Assembly: GCA_963709345.1 (NCBI GenBank)
Contig: CAVPVX010000001.1
Coordinates: 64,001 to 128,000 of the forward strand
DNA from: an uncultured Actinomycetes bacterium
GTDB lineage: Bacteria; Actinomycetota; Thermoleophilia; UBA2241
DNA: 64,000 nt
Direction of reading: 5' to 3'
The position numbers and the translations under genes are program-made. A model generated the notes under the pieces. The model searched no databases. It was given only the letters and a program-made list of their open reading frames with translations, and had not been told where the DNA came from. Shown here in pieces: positions 9,648-18,776 of the stretch (position 1 is the first letter of the stretch; every line of letters begins with the position of its first letter).

Positions 9648-9836
9648 CTCGTTCCCTGCTCATCGGCATCACGCACCCTCGGTCGGCAATGCAGTTGCTA
9701 TGATGGTCCGGGTACCGCTTCCGTCAGCGGCGTCGGCTACGAGGCTCCGGCCGGACATGCTCACATGCGCAGCGATGCGGTCTCGTGGCACTCCGGCCCG
9801 CGGCGCCTGTGGAAACGCCGATCTGGGAGGGATCTC

Positions 9837-12800
9837 TTGGGCCAGAAGTGGACCTGCATCGACGGCAACGAGGCGGCTGCGCGCGTCGCCTACGCTCTCA
9901 GCGAAGTCATGGCCATCTACCCGATCACGCCGTCCACTCCGATGGGTGAGGAGGCAGACCGCTGGGCGGCGGCCGGAAAGCCGAACCTCTGGGGCACCGT
10001 GCCAGACGTCGTCGAGATGCAGTCGGAGGCGGGGGCCGCCGGCGCCCTGCACGGCGCGCTGCAACGGGGCGCGCTGTCGACGACGTTCACGGCCTCGCAG
10101 GGGCTCCTCCTGATGATCCCCAACATGTTCAAGATCGCCGGCGAGCTGACGCCGGCCGTGATCCACGTCGCGGCGCGTGCCGTGGCGACGCACGCGCTCT
10201 CGATCTTCGGCGACCACAGCGACGTCATGCACGCGCGCACGACTGGCTGGGCCATGCTCGCCTCCGCGTCGGTGCAGGAAGCTCAGGACCTGGCCCTCAT
10301 CGCTCATGTCGCCACGCTGCGCTCGCGCATCCCGTTCATCCACTTCATGGACGGCTTTCGTACCTCGCACCAGATCGAGAGCATCATCCTCGTCGGCGAC
10401 GAAGACATCCGGGCGCTGGTGCCCGAGCAGGACATCCTCGCCTTCCGCGCCCGCGGCCTCAGTCCCGACGCGCCTCTAGTGCGCGGGACGGCGCAGAACC
10501 CCGACGCCTTCTTCCAGGGACGCGAGGCTGGAAACCCCTTCTACCTCGCCACGCCCGGGATCGTCGCCGAGGCCATGGACGCGTTCGAGCGACGGACGGG
10601 CCGGCACTACGGGCTCGTCGAGTACACGGGCACGCCCGATGCGGAGCGGGTCGTCGTCCTCATGGGGTCCGGCATCGGCGCAGCCGAACAGACGATGGAC
10701 ACGCTGGCCGCAGCCGGCGAACCCGTGGGCCTCCTCAAGGTGCGTCTCTACCGGCCCTTCCCCGCGGAGCAACTGGTCGCCGCATTGCCCTCGACCGTGC
10801 GGTCGATCGCGGTCCTCGACAGGACAAAGGAGCCGGGCGCGATCGGGGAGCCGCTCTACCTCGATGTCGTTGCCGCCCTCGCGGAGAACATGGATTCGGC
10901 GCAGCCGCGCTTCGGCCGCATGCCGCGGGTGATCGGCGGCCGCTACGGCCTGTCGTCGAAGGAGTTCAACCCCGGAATGGCCAAGGCGGTCTTCGACGAG
11001 CTCGCCGCAGCCGAGCCGAAGCGCCATTTCACAGTCGGGATCACCGACGACGTCACGCATCTGAGCCTCGCGCCCAACACGGAGTTCCGCTACCAGCGCC
11101 CGCCCGGCGAGGTGCAAGCGATGTTCTTCGGGACAGGCTCGGACGGGACCGTCGGGGCGACCAAGAGCTCGGTGAAGATCATCGGGGAGAACACCGATCT
11201 GTACGCGCAGGGGTACTTCGTCTACGACTCCAGGAAGGCGGGCTCCGTCACGGTCTCGCACCTGCGCTTCGGCCCCAACGCGATGCGTTCCACCTACCTG
11301 ATCGAACGCCCCGACTTCATCGCGTGCCACCAGTTCGGCCTCCTCACCACCGTGAAGGTACTCGCGCAAGCCAGGGACGGCGGCACCTTCCTGCTCAACA
11401 GCCCCTACCCGGCCGACAAGGTCTGGTGCGAGCTCCCCACGTCCATCCAGCAGCTTGTGGTCGAGAAGCAGATGAAGTTCTGGGTGATCGACGCCCAGAG
11501 GATCGCCGCCGAGGTGGGCATGGGCAACCGCATCAACACGATGATGCAGGCCTGCTTCTTCTCGCTGTCCAATGTGTTGCCGCCGGACGAGGCCGTCGCT
11601 CACATCAAGGAGTGGGTCGTGAAGACCTACGGCAAGCGCGGCCCCGTCATCGTGGAGAGGAACTTCGCAGCCATCGACCGCTCGCTGCAGGCACTCGCAC
11701 AGGTCGAGGTACCCGACGTGGTGAGTTGCGGCGGCCCCTCGGGGATCACCGTATCCGACGACGCCCCCGACTTCGTCAAGCGTGTGACCGTTCCGTTGCT
11801 GGCCGGCGAGGGCGACAGCCTGCCGGTGAGCGCCTTCCCCGTGGACGGGTCCTTCATCACCGGCACCGCCAAGTACGAGAAGCGGGCCATCGCCCGGGAG
11901 ATCCCCATCTGGGACCCGGGCCTGTGCATCGACTGCGGCAAATGCTCCCTCGTCTGCCCCCACGCCGTCATCCGCATGAAAGTCTATGAGCCCGCGTACC
12001 TCGAGGGCGCGCCCGAAGGCTTCCGCTCCAAGGACTTCCGTGCCAGGGAACTGCCCGACCACAAGCTGACGATCCAGGCGTCGCCCGACGACTGCACCGG
12101 CTGCGGCGTATGCGTCAACGTCTGCCCGGCGAAAAGCAAGACTGAGGTGAAGCGCAGAGCCATCGCGATGGAGCCGGTGACGGAGCACCGCGAAGCGGAG
12201 CGGATGAACTGGGCGTTCTTCGACACGATCCCGCCGCTTGCCAGGGACTCGCTTCCTCGCCGTTCGGTGAAAGGCTCGCAGGTGCTCGAGCCGCTCTTCG
12301 AGTTCTCCGGCGCCTGTGCTGGGTGCGGCGAAACGCCCTACGTCAAGCTCGTCTCGCAGCTGTTCGGCGACCGGGTCGTGATCGCCAACGCCACCGGCTG
12401 CTCGTCGATCTATGGCGGCAACCTGCCGACGACGCCCTGGACCGTCGATCGCGATGGGCGTGGGCCCGCGTGGAACAACTCCTTGTTCGAGGACACGGCC
12501 GAGTTCGGGATGGGCATGCGCTTGGGCTCCGAGGCACGCATCGCCAGGGCTCGGCTGCTCCTCGAGCGCCTCGCCCCCCGTCTGGATGGCGAGCTCGTGC
12601 AAGAGATCGTAGCGGCCCCCCAGTTCCATGAGGCTGAGATCCGCGCGCAGCGCGAGCGGATCGCCGACCTCGTGAAGGCGCTGGAGGATCTGGGGGCCGA
12701 CGACCCCGATGTGCGACACCTGCTCGCCTTGGCCGACGATCTCTTGAGCAAGGATGTCTGGATCATCGGCGGCGACGGTTGGGCGTACGACATCGGCTTC

Positions 12801-13472
12801 GGCGGCCTCGACCAGGTCCTCGCCTCGCGGCGCAACGTGAACATCCTGGTGCTCGATACGGAGGTCTACTCCAACACCGGCGGGCAGTCGTCGAAGGCGA
12901 CGCCTCGCGGGGCGGTGGCCAAGTTCGCCTCCTCGGGCAAGAGCACTCCCAAGAAGGACCTCGGCGCGCTGGCGATGACGTACGGCAGCGCCTACGTCGC
13001 CCAGATCGCCATGGGGGCTAACGACACCCAGGCGGTCAAGGCCCTGCTCGAAGCGGATGCGTGGCCCGGACCGTCGCTCGTCATCGCGTACTGCCCCTGC
13101 ACCGCTCACGGCATCGACATGTCCAAGTCGATGGAGCACATGAGGGACGCGGTGAGAAGCGGATACTGGCCACTGTACCGATTCCAGCCCACCGCGGCCG
13201 AGGGCGGTCAGCCCTTCAAGCTCGACTCGCCCAAGCCCTCGATGACCGTGCGGGACTTCGCCGCCTCGGAAGCGCGGTTCGCCATCCTGAGCAGGACTCA
13301 TCCGGAGCGGTCCGCCGCCCTCCTTGAGCTCATGCAGGCCGGCGTCGACGAACGCCGGCGCTACTACGAGCAACTGGAGGCGATGTCGAGGACGGTCCCC
13401 TCAGCCGACGACGGTGATCAGACGGATGGGGATCCCGGCGACGATCCACAGGACAAGGAGGCCCAACGATGA
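9837..13472 (+). CDS. nifJ: Pyruvate:ferredoxin (flavodoxin) oxidoreductase, single-chain
   Basis: DGNEAAA, IYPITPST, EMQSEAGAAG, two ferredoxin CxxCxxCxxxCP motifs, FSGACAGCGETPY, NATGCSSIYGG, GGDGWAYDIG; TTG start after GGAGG. Confidence 0.97.
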   Translation: MGQKWTCIDGNEAAARVAYALSEVMAIYPITPSTPMGEEADRWAAAGKPNLWGTVPDVVEMQSEAGAAGALHGALQRGALSTTFTASQGLLLMIPNMFKIAGELTPAVIHVAARAVATHALSIFGDHSDVMHARTTGWAMLASASVQEAQDLALIAHVATLRSRIPFIHFMDGFRTSHQIESIILVGDEDIRALVPEQDILAFRARGLSPDAPLVRGTAQNPDAFFQGREAGNPFYLATPGIVAEAMDAFERRTGRHYGLVEYTGTPDAERVVVLMGSGIGAAEQTMDTLAAAGEPVGLLKVRLYRPFPAEQLVAALPSTVRSIAVLDRTKEPGAIGEPLYLDVVAALAENMDSAQPRFGRMPRVIGGRYGLSSKEFNPGMAKAVFDELAAAEPKRHFTVGITDDVTHLSLAPNTEFRYQRPPGEVQAMFFGTGSDGTVGATKSSVKIIGENTDLYAQGYFVYDSRKAGSVTVSHLRFGPNAMRSTYLIERPDFIACHQFGLLTTVKVLAQARDGGTFLLNSPYPADKVWCELPTSIQQLVVEKQMKFWVIDAQRIAAEVGMGNRINTMMQACFFSLSNVLPPDEAVAHIKEWVVKTYGKRGPVIVERNFAAIDRSLQALAQVEVPDVVSCGGPSGITVSDDAPDFVKRVTVPLLAGEGDSLPVSAFPVDGSFITGTAKYEKRAIAREIPIWDPGLCIDCGKCSLVCPHAVIRMKVYEPAYLEGAPEGFRSKDFRARELPDHKLTIQASPDDCTGCGVCVNVCPAKSKTEVKRRAIAMEPVTEHREAERMNWAFFDTIPPLARDSLPRRSVKGSQVLEPLFEFSGACAGCGETPYVKLVSQLFGDRVVIANATGCSSIYGGNLPTTPWTVDRDGRGPAWNNSLFEDTAEFGMGMRLGSEARIARARLLLERLAPRLDGELVQEIVAAPQFHEAEIRAQRERIADLVKALEDLGADDPDVRHLLALADDLLSKDVWIIGGDGWAYDIGFGGLDQVLASRRNVNILVLDTEVYSNTGGQSSKATPRGAVAKFASSGKSTPKKDLGALAMTYGSAYVAQIAMGANDTQAVKALLEADAWPGPSLVIAYCPCTAHGIDMSKSMEHMRDAVRSGYWPLYRFQPTAAEGGQPFKLDSPKPSMTVRDFAASEARFAILSRTHPERSAALLELMQAGVDERRRYYEQLEAMSRTVPSADDGDQTDGDPGDDPQDKEAQR

Positions 13473-14503
13473 GCCGTCTGACCGCGACCTACCTCGGGCT
13501 CGAGTTGCGCAGCCCACTGGTGGCTTCCGCAAGTCCCTTCAACAGAGACGTCGAGGGGGCCATGCGTCTGCAGGAGAGCGGTGCGGCAGCCATCGTCCTG
13601 CCCTCCCTGTTCGAGGAGGAGGTCGTCCGCGAGGAACTGGAGATCACCCAGGTGCTCGAGCAGGGAGCCGAGGGCTTCGCGGAGTCCCTCGACTACTTCC
13701 CGCAGTTCGAGGCCTTCGAGAGCGCGGCCGACCGCTACCTCGCGACCATCGAGGCGATGAAGGCCAAGCTCGACGTGCCGGTCATCGGGAGCCTCAACGC
13801 GACATCGAGCGGCGGGTGGGTCCGATTCGCGAAACTCATCGAGGAGGCGGGGGCAGACGCTCTGGAGCTCAATCTCTACCGGATCGCGGCTGATCCGGCG
13901 CGCCAGGGCTCGGACATGGAGGCGAGCGACCTGGATGTGGTCCGGCGGGTGAGGGAGTCGACCGGCATCCCTCTGGCGGTGAAGCTCTCCGCCGACTACT
14001 CGGCGCTGGCCAACTTCGCCGTCAGCGTGGTCGAGGCCGGAGCCAACGGGCTGGTGCTCTTCAACCGCTTCTACCAGCCCGACATCGACGCGGATTCGCG
14101 AGAGATCGTGCCGAGGCTCGAGTTGAGCCAGCCGTGGGAGCTGAGGCTGCCGCTGCGCTGGATCGCGATCCTCCGTGCACAGGTCGGCGAAGGCACGTCG
14201 CTCGCCGCATCGAGCGGCATCCACTCTGGTATCGATGCGGCGAAGGCCCTGCTCGTCGGCGCGGACGTCGCGATGATGACCTCGGCCGTGCTCCGCAATG
14301 GGCGCGAGCACTTCGCGACCGTGAGGCGAGAGCTCGTGCAGTGGATGGACGAGAACGAGTACGTCTCGGTCGACGAACTGCGCGGCAGCGTGAGCTACGC
14401 GGCCAGCGACGACCCGTCAGCGTTCGAGAGGGCCAACTACCTCGAGACGCTGCGCTCCTGGAACGCCCATCTCGACCTGACGCCTCGCTCCCCGCTCCCC
14501 TGA
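13469..14503 (+). CDS. Dihydroorotate dehydrogenase-like FMN protein (PFOR-associated type)
   Basis: TYLGLELRSPLVASASP, SLFEE, ALELNLY, AVKLS, LVLFNRFYQPDID, LPLRWIAIL, AFERANY; start overlaps the nifJ stop. Confidence 0.9.
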   Translation: MSRLTATYLGLELRSPLVASASPFNRDVEGAMRLQESGAAAIVLPSLFEEEVVREELEITQVLEQGAEGFAESLDYFPQFEAFESAADRYLATIEAMKAKLDVPVIGSLNATSSGGWVRFAKLIEEAGADALELNLYRIAADPARQGSDMEASDLDVVRRVRESTGIPLAVKLSADYSALANFAVSVVEAGANGLVLFNRFYQPDIDADSREIVPRLELSQPWELRLPLRWIAILRAQVGEGTSLAASSGIHSGIDAAKALLVGADVAMMTSAVLRNGREHFATVRRELVQWMDENEYVSVDELRGSVSYAASDDPSAFERANYLETLRSWNAHLDLTPRSPLP

Positions 14504-14899
14504 GCTCGTCCGCGCTCCTTGCTGAGGAGGCCGTCGGCCTGAGGCCGTTGGGCGCGACGACGTCCCGAGGGCGCCCTTGACGGCGAGGTTCAACTCGGCT
14601 GCACAATCGGAACACACCAAGGAGTTGCTGTTGTTCTGGACCGCTCTGATCCTGAATGCGGACTCACCGCGATTCGCCGATCTCGACGATGGCGGCGCCA
14701 GACAATGCGATCCAAGGACCTGAAAGGCCAGGCCAGCCCACTTCAGCCGATGACGGCGTCACGCACGCCGATCCCGATCAGGGCCCCCCTTCACAGTACA
14801 CGTCACCTCTCAACGCACCGCGCACGAGCAGACGCAGCCGGCCCGTCGGCGTACCGCAGACCTCATGGCGCTCTGCTCGCTCCGCTCCATGCATGCCGC

Positions 14900-15544
14900 T
14901 CAGTGCACACCGAAGACCTCCAGAGCTTCCGCCAGTGACGGAACGACCGCCCGGGCCACGGCGCGTGCAGACGGCGAGGGCTCGACGAGATCCGGCACCA
15001 CGACGACCGCCATACCTGCAGCCGCGGCCGCGTGAACGCCCGCTTCGGAGTCCTCGAAGACGACGCAGTCGGCGGGGCGCGCGGCGAGTCGCTCGGCAGC
15101 GAGCAGGAAGAGATCCGGCGCCGGCTTGCCGCTCGCGACCTCATCGCCACCGACGACGGCACCGAACCGATCGAGCAGACCCACGCTGGCCAGCCGGCGC
15201 TCGACCTCGGCCCGAGCAGTCGCGCTGGCCACCGCCAGCGGTAGGCGCAGCGCATCAAGACCGTCGAGAAATGTGAGGAGTCCGGGCTTCAGCGGCGGGC
15301 CGGGCTCGAGCATGTCGCGCAGGTAGCGCGCCTTCGCCGCCTCGATTTCGGCGATCGGCACGTCGGGTCCCAAGGCGTCGACGAAGACGCTGCATGCGCC
15401 CTCCACCGTGCGGCCGACCGCAGTCAGATAGGCCTCATCGGCGAGCGCGTAGCCATGCTCGGCCATGGCGCATCGCCAGGCGTCGCGAGCGAGGCGCTCA
15501 GTGTCGAACATGAGGCCGTCCATGTCGAGGATGACCGCGCTCAT
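14900..15544 (-). CDS. HAD-family phosphatase (subfamily IA)
   Basis: ILDMDGLMFDTE, ASAT, GKPAPDLF, VFEDSEAG. Confidence 0.92.
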   Translation of the reverse strand: MSAVILDMDGLMFDTERLARDAWRCAMAEHGYALADEAYLTAVGRTVEGACSVFVDALGPDVPIAEIEAAKARYLRDMLEPGPPLKPGLLTFLDGLDALRLPLAVASATARAEVERRLASVGLLDRFGAVVGGDEVASGKPAPDLFLLAAERLAARPADCVVFEDSEAGVHAAAAAGMAVVVVPDLVEPSPSARAVARAVVPSLAEALEVFGVH

Positions 15545-15600
15545 GCCCACGGATTCACGCTCCACTCTCTGGCGGGGGCGCCACTTCCTTCTCCCGGCGA

Positions 15601-15783
15601 TCACGCTCCCACGGAGCGCAGCAACGCGTACACGAAGTACGCCGGCCAGACGATGGCCTGAAAGACACCGTAGGCGCCGTCCCAGAACGAAGTCGCGCTC
15701 TGGATGTAGTAGACGAGCGCTCCGATGAACCCGAGTCCGTAGACCGCCCCGGCGCCGGCGGCGCTCCCCTTGCTCTCCGACAT
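15601..15783 (-). CDS. Small membrane protein
   Basis: GGAGG RBS; GAVYGLGFIGALVYY..FW..GVFQAIVWPAY two-helix pattern. Confidence 0.75.
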   Translation of the reverse strand: MSESKGSAAGAGAVYGLGFIGALVYYIQSATSFWDGAYGVFQAIVWPAYFVYALLRSVGA

Positions 15784-15953
15784 CGTTCCTCCCTGCTTCC
15801 AGCGCCTGTGACACCCGATTGATACCACTTGCCGACGGCGATGGACAGGGCGGCGGCGGAGCCGGCCTGACGCGGGGGCCGGACCCCGGGCAGTCCACGC
15901 GCGGCGAGGCGGCTCTCATGGTACCCTCGCCTCGGACGACCACGGGAGGGATC

Positions 15954-16625
15954 ATGCTCGTCGCGGCGTTCGTTCCCGGCAGCGGGTGGGACGGCAGGCA
16001 GATCTACTGGGACGACGGCCGGTACGTCCTGTACGGGCACGGGGCGATCAGGGCAGCCGACGTTCTCGAGTACGACCGGTTGGGCCACCTCCAGTGGGCC
16101 TCCCCCGATCTGCGCGGCTGGGTGGTCTCGGTGGCGCAGTGGGAGGCCGGGGTGAGCGCCCCGGGCAACGCGCCTGCCGGCTCGCCTGCGCCCGGCGCCG
16201 CGCCCCGCAAGGGCTTCCCGGCGTGGGCCGTCATCCTCATCGTCTGCGGCATCGCCGTTGTCGTACTGGGGATCCTGCTGGCGATCCTCATCCCCGCCTT
16301 CGTCCTGCGCGCCGGCGAGAGCATCAGCGACCAGGTGGCGCTACGGGCGGGGGTACGTACCATCCAGATGGGCCTCGAGTCCTACTCCGTAGACCACAAC
16401 GGCACCTACCCCGACCCCGCCCTCGTGAACGACTCGCACCTCGGCAGCTACATCGGCTCGTGGCCGCAGAACCCGTACACGGATCTCCCGATGGCGCGCG
16501 GGTCGGGAGTCGGCAACTTCAGGTACGAGGTCGGCGCCGACGGCCGGTCGTACCGGCTCGTCGGGTACGGCGATGACGGCACGGTCGTCATCGACCTGCG
16601 CGGTGGAGGCGGTATCACCTACTGA
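15954..16625 (+). CDS. Pilin/GspG-like protein with N-terminal extension
   Basis: GGAGGG RBS; KGF followed by a hydrophobic helix ending LAILIP; GLESYSVDHNGTYP, WPQNPY, YRLVGYGDDG resemble the GspG C-terminal domain. Confidence 0.65.
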   Translation: MLVAAFVPGSGWDGRQIYWDDGRYVLYGHGAIRAADVLEYDRLGHLQWASPDLRGWVVSVAQWEAGVSAPGNAPAGSPAPGAAPRKGFPAWAVILIVCGIAVVVLGILLAILIPAFVLRAGESISDQVALRAGVRTIQMGLESYSVDHNGTYPDPALVNDSHLGSYIGSWPQNPYTDLPMARGSGVGNFRYEVGADGRSYRLVGYGDDGTVVIDLRGGGGITY

Positions 16626-16655
16626 GGACCGGCCGCGAAGACCCCGCCACCGCGG

Positions 16656-16994
16656 TCAGCAGCAGGTGACCCGGCAGGCGGCGCAGTCGCACTCGGGTGA
16701 GTGGCTCCAGCCGGAGGCGGGCGCGAGCGACTCGTCGTCCACCCGCCGTTTGCCTCTGTGGTCACGAGGCATGGTGACGGAGAACACACCGGCCTCGTAC
16801 TCCCACAGCTCGCCGCTCCGCGTCCAGCACTGCGCCGGCGCGTCGAGCGCGATCACCCGCTCGCGGTCGAAGTGAAGGTCGGGCCAGCACAGCAGGCCCT
16901 TGTCGCCGGCGTCGGTGACGCCAGGACCGGTCGGGACGCGCGCCGGTCGCTCAGCGGTGGCGCCGCCGGCGCAGGGCAGTGTGCGCATGCTCAT
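16656..16994 (-). CDS. Small Cys-rich hypothetical protein
   Basis: Non-random composition (LCWPDLHFDRE, WEYEAG) and C-terminal HSPECDCAACRVTCC; start uncertain. Confidence 0.5.
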   Translation of the reverse strand: MSMRTLPCAGGATAERPARVPTGPGVTDAGDKGLLCWPDLHFDRERVIALDAPAQCWTRSGELWEYEAGVFSVTMPRDHRGKRRVDDESLAPASGWSHSPECDCAACRVTCC

Positions 16995-17145
16995 CCCCCT
17001 GGGAGAAGTTCACTACGGTGCGGGTTCGTACCCTACTGGTCTCGGCAGCGGGAGACGTGGCCTCCTGAGGCCGTACACCCCTCTCTCGCAGGGTCGCCTC
17101 CCCGGTTCAGATGGATACCGGGCATGCGGACACGACCGGCGAGAT
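16993..17145 (-). ncRNA. Candidate 6S-like structured RNA
   Basis: Minus strand: TATGCT -10 just upstream; TGAACC-GGGGAG..two internal hairpins..CTCCC..GGGTAC; partially complementary 5' and 3' ends. Confidence 0.35.
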
Positions 17146-17154
17146 GCGTACAGC

Positions 17155-17171
17155 ATACCCCGAGGGGGTAT
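17155..17171. promoter_or_regulatory. ATACCCC-N3-GGGGTAT palindrome (CsoR/RcnR-like operator or back-to-back -10 elements)
   Basis: Perfect 7-bp inverted repeat overlapping TATCAT (+) and TATGCT (-). Confidence 0.5.
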
Positions 17172-17212
17172 CATCGACTGACGTCAACTCATGACTCACT
17201 GGAGGGTGATCC

Positions 17213-17527
17213 ATGGCTACTGCCGAGATCGCGAGCGGCATCTGCGGCTTCTGCACGACGGTGCGCACCCAAGCGGACGGACGAAGCGTGGGGCTCGAGT
17301 TCGAGACCACGTGCGGCTACGTCGAGAAGCTCGCCGAGCAGCTCACGGAGGTGGATCCCTACCGCGAGATCAGCTACCGGGGCGAAGGCCCGCTGACCCT
17401 GAGGCTCGCCGCCGAGCACCTCGTGCACCCCGCCTGCCCCGTCCCGGCCGGCATCATCAAGGCGATCGAGGTCGAGGCAGGCCTCGCACTACCGAGGGAC
17501 GCGAGCATCAAGCCGGCGAAGGACTGA
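17213..17527 (+). CDS. Small conserved Cys/His protein (DUF6951-like)
   Basis: GGAGGG RBS; GICGFCT..C..HPACPVPAGIIKAIEVEAGLALP. Confidence 0.8.
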   Translation: MATAEIASGICGFCTTVRTQADGRSVGLEFETTCGYVEKLAEQLTEVDPYREISYRGEGPLTLRLAAEHLVHPACPVPAGIIKAIEVEAGLALPRDASIKPAKD

Positions 17528-17567
17528 GCCCGGCGGACGAAGAGCCGGGGGGCAGCCGCCGCGGACG

Positions 17568-18776
17568 TCAGCGGCTGAGGCGGAACCGCCAGACGGCGAG
17601 CACGAAGAACCCCGCCGCCCACGCGACGGAGACGCCGAGTGCGGGCAGCACGTCGGTGACGTCGAACCCGCGCACCACGATGCCGCGCAGCCCGTCGAGT
17701 ATCCAGGCGGTGGGCAGTGCGTGACCCACGGACTGGAACGTCTCTCCCGTGATCTCGAGCGGGAACCAAGCGCCGGAGAGCGCGGCCATGGCCATGGAGA
17801 CGAGCACCGTGGTCGCGATGAGCGCCTGTTCGCTCTTGAGTACGGAGGCGAGCAGGAGGCCGAGCGTGCTCGCCACCAGCGAGAGCGAGACCATCATCAG
17901 CAGCAGCGCGACCGGGTCGCGCAGGTAGTCCACGCCGAAGAAGAGCTGGGCGACCCCGATCAGCAGCACCTGCTGGAGGAAAGTGAGCAGGAACATGCCG
18001 GCCGCCTTGCCGCCGATGAGCTGCCACTTGCGCAGGTGCGTCGTCATGAGGCGCTGCAGCGTGCCGTTCTGCCGCTCGATGATGAGGGCGATGCCTGCCG
18101 TCATGAGGCTGAACAGGACGAAGTTGACCATCATGCCGGGCGAGCTGAGTACGAAGCCGCTCGGCGTCTGGCCCGCCGCCGTGCCGGCCTCCACCACCGT
18201 GGTGTCCACCGCCGGGTCCGCGAGCGCCTGCTCGACGGCCGGACGCGCCTGTGCCGCCGTCTCGGCGACCACGCCGTCAAAGGCTCCGGCCGGCACGCTG
18301 CGCGTGGACCAGATCACTTGGGCGGCTGCCTTGGACGCCAGTTCCGCCGTCACCTGATCCCCGGCCAGCGAGCGGATCTCGCTGGCCACCGTGGAGGCGC
18401 CGCTCGTCCCCTGGGTGGCGACGATCGTCAGGTCGGCCTTCTCCCCGCCGGCCACGGCGTCACTGTAGCCCACCGGGATGATCAGGCCTGCCGCCGCGCG
18501 CTCGTCGGCCATCCACTGCTCGAACTCCGCGCCGTCCTTGATGACCACGCGGACGACCGGGGACTCCTCGAGGTCGGCCACGAGCGCGTTCGCCGCCGCG
18601 CCGCCGCCAGCGTCCCACACCGCCAGCGGCAGCTTGTCCACGTCGCTGCCGCCGCCGAAGAGCAGCCCGAAGAACAGGGTGAAGGCCAGCGGCATCAGGA
18701 TGATGAAGATGAACGACAGCTTGTCCCGCGCGGTCTCCCGGAGGTCCTTGCCGGCGAGGAGGGCGGCGAGCTTCAC
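17568..18776 (-). CDS. ABC-2 type exporter permease
   Basis: GKDLRE N-terminus, large extracellular loop, ERQNGTLQRL, LSGAWFPL, LPTAW. Confidence 0.9.
   Translation of the reverse strand: MKLAALLAGKDLRETARDKLSFIFIILMPLAFTLFFGLLFGGGSDVDKLPLAVWDAGGGAAANALVADLEESPVVRVVIKDGAEFEQWMADERAAAGLIIPVGYSDAVAGGEKADLTIVATQGTSGASTVASEIRSLAGDQVTAELASKAAAQVIWSTRSVPAGAFDGVVAETAAQARPAVEQALADPAVDTTVVEAGTAAGQTPSGFVLSSPGMMVNFVLFSLMTAGIALIIERQNGTLQRLMTTHLRKWQLIGGKAAGMFLLTFLQQVLLIGVAQLFFGVDYLRDPVALLLMMVSLSLVASTLGLLLASVLKSEQALIATTVLVSMAMAALSGAWFPLEITGETFQSVGHALPTAWILDGLRGIVVRGFDVTDVLPALGVSVAWAAGFFVLAVWRFRLSR

Noticed and set aside
9570-9836. N-terminal extension of the 1300-aa PFOR ORF
   Set aside because: It overlaps tRNA-Glu; homology and the RBS support a start at TTG 9837
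14583-14610. GGTTCAACTC T-loop-like string as a tRNA fragment or att site
   Set aside because: No surrounding cloverleaf and no match to the tRNA-Glu or tRNA-Lys 3' ends
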